The notes below the pieces were generated by a model. The model searched no databases. It was not told where the DNA came from and saw only the letters and a program-made list of their open reading frames with translations. DNA of 64,000 nt, from NCBI GenBank assembly GCA_963664115.2, contig CAXWPJ010000009.1, positions 224,001 through 288,000 of the forward strand. The letters are read 5' to 3'. This DNA comes from Terriglobia bacterium (GTDB lineage: Bacteria; Acidobacteriota; Terriglobia; 20CM-2-55-15). Below are positions 60,037-64,000 of this stretch, in pieces (position 1 is the stretch's first letter; each line of letters begins with the position of its first letter). The translations under genes were made by a program, and so were the position numbers.

Positions 60037-60573
60037 TCCAGACACTTCTTCCGAAACCTCTTTCTCCATACGGCCCACAAGCTGGGCCTGTTCAAATACC
60101 TTGCTGCCTCCGCCACCATCCAGTATCCCGAAGAACTCCGGCCGCTGATGTCACGCTACCGAAGCCGCCACCGGCTGACCGTGCGCGACGACAACACACC
60201 ACGCTGCGTCGGATGTATGCTGTGTGAAACGGTCTGCCCGGCCCACTGCATTACGATCGTGGCCGGGGAACACCCCGACCCCAATGTCGAGAAATATCCG
60301 ATCCGCTTCGACATCGATCTGGGGATGTGCGTCTATTGTGGTTACTGCGTCGAGGTATGCCCTGAGGATGCGATCCGGATGGACACGGGAATTCTCGATC
60401 TGGCGGCTTACTCGAGGGAGGCCATGCAGTTGGACATCCACGAACTCATGGACCCGAAGCTGCACAAACCCATCCCCCAGTGCGACCTCGATTTCCCGCA
60501 CAAGTGCGAGGTGAGCGGGGGCGAGATGAAGGGAAGCTGGGAAGAGGTCGACAAATCACAGACAGCGAACTGA
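60037..60573 (+). pseudogene. nuoI: 5'-truncated second copy of nuoI (right direct repeat 60037..60542) with a different C-terminus
   Basis: Both 4Fe-4S motifs intact; lacks the first ~29 codons; in-frame stop at 60019 upstream; ends EVDKSQTAN*. Confidence 0.9.
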
Positions 60574-60775
60574 CCACCCCCGCTCAGCAGACTCGCCAAA
60601 GCTGAGATAAAGCTCACCCGTCATATCCACTGTGATTCTGTTTATCTGTGCGGTTGTTGACTCGTGCCAAGAACTCAATCTTCTGACAGGCGAATGGACT
60701 CACTCACGCAGAAATCTGGCAATAGGCGGCGTGTTGGTGCAGTATGCAGGTATTACGAACTTGGAGGATAGATCA

Positions 60776-61735
60776 GTGATTCGTCTAATTCGAGTATCCC
60801 GGCCAGCGGTTCGTCACGCAGTGTGGGTCGCGCTTTGCGCTTCGGCCCTCTTCGCCACGTTTTCATCTTTCGGAAATGCCAGCCAGATTCAATCCCTATC
60901 AGACGGTGTTTACTCCACCCCGCAGGCGGAGCGGGCGCAGCTGATTTACCAGGCCCAGTGCGCGATGTGTCATGGCAATGCGCTCCAAGGCGCCAGCGAG
61001 GGATCGCCGCTGACGGGGGAGGGTTTCCTCTCGAACTGGAGTGGACAACCGTTATCGGATCTCGTCGACAAGATCGAGAACACGATGCCCTTCGGCGCGC
61101 CCGGAAGCCTTAGCCGGCAGCAAGCAACCGACCTCACGGCTTACATTCTCCAGGCCGGTGAATTCCCGGCCGGTCAAGCGGATCTCGCCGAAGATGCACT
61201 GACCCGAATCGCGCTTCCCACGGTTAGCCCATCTCCGGGAAACGACACGCGTTTGTCTGGCACGTCTCTCCCTCCGCCCGAAGGAAACCTCGCCGAGTTG
61301 ATGCGGGGCATCGCGTTCCCCAATTCAAATATCATATTTAACCTTCAGGTCAAGAATCCCGATGACGAGCCGGCTAAGGCGATGCCGATACCTTTTGACT
61401 ACGTCGAATGGGGGACCACTATTTATCCCGGGTGGCTGCAGATCGATCAGGCCGCGGTTGCTCTCACCGAAACGGCACCGCTCCTCTTAACACCAGGACG
61501 ACAGTGTCAGAACGGCAGGCCGGTTCCGGTGGATCGCGCTGATTGGCAGCAGTACGTGGCGGACTTGGTGGAAGTCGGGCAGGTCCTTTATCAGGCGTCG
61601 AAAGCGAGAGACTATCAAGCGCTGGTGGACTTGAGCGAGGACCTCAACGATGCGTGCGGGAACTGCCACGCGGTTTATCGCGATATGGGCGGCAGCGAGG
61701 GCAGTGGAGCAAACCGCTGCATCGTTGAACCATGA
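60776..61735 (+). CDS. Exported di-heme c-type cytochrome
   Basis: GGAGGA RBS and GTG at 60776; signal peptide; CAMCH with distal Met (TMP); CGNCH near the C-terminus. Confidence 0.85.
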   Translation: MIRLIRVSRPAVRHAVWVALCASALFATFSSFGNASQIQSLSDGVYSTPQAERAQLIYQAQCAMCHGNALQGASEGSPLTGEGFLSNWSGQPLSDLVDKIENTMPFGAPGSLSRQQATDLTAYILQAGEFPAGQADLAEDALTRIALPTVSPSPGNDTRLSGTSLPPPEGNLAELMRGIAFPNSNIIFNLQVKNPDDEPAKAMPIPFDYVEWGTTIYPGWLQIDQAAVALTETAPLLLTPGRQCQNGRPVPVDRADWQQYVADLVEVGQVLYQASKARDYQALVDLSEDLNDACGNCHAVYRDMGGSEGSGANRCIVEP

Positions 61736-61784
61736 GTCGCAATCGGGGCGACCAGCCGTGGCATGATCGGGCGTGACTTTCCGT

Positions 61785-63191
61785 TCAGGGAATATCGGCG
61801 ATCCACTCCCCGGCTTGCATCACCTTGAAGATTTTCTGCGTGTTTCGGATATCGAGGGTCGGATCGGCGTCGAGGAGCACGAGATCGGCGGCCTTGCCTT
61901 TCTCCAGAGTTCCCGTCTCTCGACTTCTCCCCATGACCGCGGCAGCGTTTTGCGTGGCGGCGACGAGAACATCCAGAGGCCGCATGCCCGCTTCAGCCAT
62001 GAGCTCCATCTCTCTGTGGAGCGCGGGACCGTGGAGCGTCCCGATGTTGCCGGCGTCGCTACCTGCAGCGATCCGGACACCGGCGGCGTAAAGACGTTGC
62101 AGATTGAGAAATTCAGTCGGACGCATGCTGAGTAGCGTGGCCGGGGGCACACCCCCGGCGATCGAATCGGGAGAAATTCTCGACAGCTCTTCCCATGACC
62201 CGATGGCTTCCGGATCTCCCAGACGCTGTTCGATCTCGCTGAGACTCACCGCCTGCCCGAAGACTTCGTCGTAACCTTCGGTCACCAGCAGCGTGGGAAT
62301 GTAGATGAGGTCGCGCGCCTTCAGCAGAGTAATGAACGCGTCATCCACCGGCTGGTCCTCGACGCTGTGTACGAGAATGTCGGCGCCTGACTCGACCCCG
62401 GCTCTCGCTGTCGCTAACTCGGTGGCATGCACCGCAACTCGAAGCCCCAATCTGTGACTCTCAGCAATGGTGGCTTCAACCAAGGCCGCATAGTGGTCAA
62501 AATCGTCAAAGGGATGGTAGAGGAACAGGATCTTGATCAGGTCTGATCCGCGTTCTACGATCCGTTGTACGGTCTGACGGGCATCAGAAGCAGTCTCGAC
62601 AGCGATAACGGGAGGATCCGCGCTCTCCAGCTGGGGATCGGGTTCGGTCGATATCAGCGGACCGGTCACGACTATACTCGGCGCGTCCGGGGAAGCACGG
62701 TTCGCGTCCCGAAGGTCGAAAGTCCACATCGGGCCGCCCATGTCCACCACACCCGTCACACCCGACCAGAGGTAGCGGAGCAGGGTCTGGGGCAGTCGCT
62801 GCCGGGTCCTCGCAACTTCGGCGGCATAGCTTCGGACGCTTCGCAAATCCAAGAGGTCGGGCCGGGTGAACAGGCCGGCCGACTGGTCGAAATGGACGTG
62901 AGCGTCGATCAGACCAGGAATCGCGAACTTTCCCGTGGCATCAACGACAGTTGCGCCGGGGACAACCGGGATCGTTTCTCTTCGACCGATATCGCGAATA
63001 CGCCCGTCTTCGACGACGATGGCGCCATTCTCCAATACGGGCGTTCCGGTTCCGTCGATGATCGTGACCCGATCAATCACCGTAACCGGTACTGGTAGTT
63101 GCGGGGTGGCACCGAGAGACAGGAAGAGCAACAGCGCTACCCAGCTGCGGCCGAGCAATTTCCGGCCAGTCATCATCCGGTATATCGGCAT
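61785..63191 (-). CDS. Amidohydrolase family protein (exported)
   Basis: PGLIDAHVH, AVHA, ILVHS, AGSDAG, GKAADLVLL. Confidence 0.9.
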   Translation of the reverse strand: MPIYRMMTGRKLLGRSWVALLLFLSLGATPQLPVPVTVIDRVTIIDGTGTPVLENGAIVVEDGRIRDIGRRETIPVVPGATVVDATGKFAIPGLIDAHVHFDQSAGLFTRPDLLDLRSVRSYAAEVARTRQRLPQTLLRYLWSGVTGVVDMGGPMWTFDLRDANRASPDAPSIVVTGPLISTEPDPQLESADPPVIAVETASDARQTVQRIVERGSDLIKILFLYHPFDDFDHYAALVEATIAESHRLGLRVAVHATELATARAGVESGADILVHSVEDQPVDDAFITLLKARDLIYIPTLLVTEGYDEVFGQAVSLSEIEQRLGDPEAIGSWEELSRISPDSIAGGVPPATLLSMRPTEFLNLQRLYAAGVRIAAGSDAGNIGTLHGPALHREMELMAEAGMRPLDVLVAATQNAAAVMGRSRETGTLEKGKAADLVLLDADPTLDIRNTQKIFKVMQAGEWIADIP

Positions 63192-63228
63192 GCTCGGATA
63201 GTATGCAGGAGCCGGTCCGTAACCCAAC

Positions 63229-63252
63229 AAAAAAGGCCGCCTTTGGGCGACC
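63229..63252 (-). terminator. Intrinsic terminator on the minus strand
   Basis: GGTCGCC-CAAA-GGCGGCC followed by T6 on the minus strand. Confidence 0.7.
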
Positions 63253-63352
63253 CTGCCGCACTCTCTGACAGGCTGACGTTATTGAATGAGTTCGAGGCTC
63301 TGGTCCCGAGCGACTCGGTTCTTCCGTCAGCTCTAGCCGATCGATGCCGTGT
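63229..63352 (-). ncRNA. Candidate structured small RNA or leader
   Basis: Long irregular hairpin (GCTGACG 63272-63278 pairs with CGTCAGC 63325-63331), a TTGACG -35-like hexamer upstream and a terminator downstream. Confidence 0.35.
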
Positions 63353-63412
63353 GACGCTTACTAAACCGCCCGCCTCTCGTCAAAAACTGGGTAACTTCAA
63401 GGAGGACCCGCT

Positions 63413-64000
63413 ATGACACGAAGTCTGCTTTCAGTCATGTTGTTTGTCGTACTTCTCGGCCCCAACGCGGGGGTTCGGGCGCTCGATGCGGCACCGATGG
63501 ATTCAACTTCCGCAGCTCGTCCCGACGTTGATGCCGGAACGGCAATCGCGGCAGCCGACTCTGATCAAGCCCTGGCGGACGCCGCCGCCGGCGCAATGCG
63601 ACGATACGCGTTTTACGATGTCTTCGGTTGGGTCACGGCGACAGCCGAGAATGGTGTCGTGACATTGGACGGCGTCGTCCGTGAACCTTTCCAGAAGCGC
63701 GGGCACGAAACTCTGGTCGCACGCCTCTCCGGGGCCGAGACCGTGGTCAACAACATCGAGGCGCTGCCCCTGTCCGCGTTCGATGACCAGATCCGTAGAG
63801 CGGCCATCCGCGCAATAGACCGCGAGACAACGCTCGCACCCCTCATGCGACAGCCTAGACCTGCGATCCACATTGTTGTCGCCAACGGCAGGGTTCGTCT
63901 CGAAGGTGTGGTCCGAACCGAGCTGGACCGGATGCTGGCTGAATCCGGCATTCGAAAAAGTACAACAGCTTTCGAGATCATCAACAACTTGCAGGTCAAG
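63413..64000 (+). CDS. BON-domain protein (partial, runs off the window)
   Basis: AAGGAGG RBS and ATG at 63413; signal peptide; FYDVFGW…NGVVTLDGVV…VVNNIEALPLSAFDDQIR…IHIVVANGRVRLEG; absent from the ORF track. Confidence 0.85.
   Translation, partial: MTRSLLSVMLFVVLLGPNAGVRALDAAPMDSTSAARPDVDAGTAIAAADSDQALADAAAGAMRRYAFYDVFGWVTATAENGVVTLDGVVREPFQKRGHETLVARLSGAETVVNNIEALPLSAFDDQIRRAAIRAIDRETTLAPLMRQPRPAIHIVVANGRVRLEGVVRTELDRMLAESGIRKSTTAFEIINNLQVK

Noticed and set aside
59763-60227. 154-aa ORF before the second nuoI copy
   Set aside because: Its 3' half is an out-of-frame reading of the nuoI repeat, so it is not a credible gene

Overview
Chromosomal window from a GC-rich bacterium, probably Acidobacteriota (inferred from the Acidobacterial-type VWA protein, DUF4159 and the BON-protein type). 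Bases 1-38 kb hold mostly housekeeping, envelope and signalling genes: pyrE, pckA, fabI, crcB, alr, galT, an M16 peptidase pair, an osmoprotectant ABC transporter, Nramp, HD-GYP/GGDEF proteins, an adenylate cyclase, a NYN-LOTUS protein, a FadD-ACP-PlsC fusion and two paralogous MBL-fold lipoproteins. Bases 38.6-53.9 kb encode an unusual respiratory complex I. Its gene order is permuted (J-K-[MrpD-like]-[87 aa]-[MrpD/NuoL hybrid]-M-N-A-B-C-D-EF-G-H-I), it has four antiporter-like subunits, NuoE and NuoF are fused, and NuoC and NuoD carry insertions. About 506 bp of nuoI is duplicated as a direct repeat around a ~6.2 kb islet with no integrase. The islet carries a three-gene module: a membrane alkaline-phosphatase-superfamily transferase, a small 'AYLDPGxGS' membrane protein and a NoeA-like kinase-like/methyltransferase. 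An IS3 element with atypical ends interrupts the small gene. The window ends with a di-heme cytochrome c, an amidohydrolase, a candidate structured ncRNA and a partial BON protein. All calls come from reading motifs by eye; no database searches were run.
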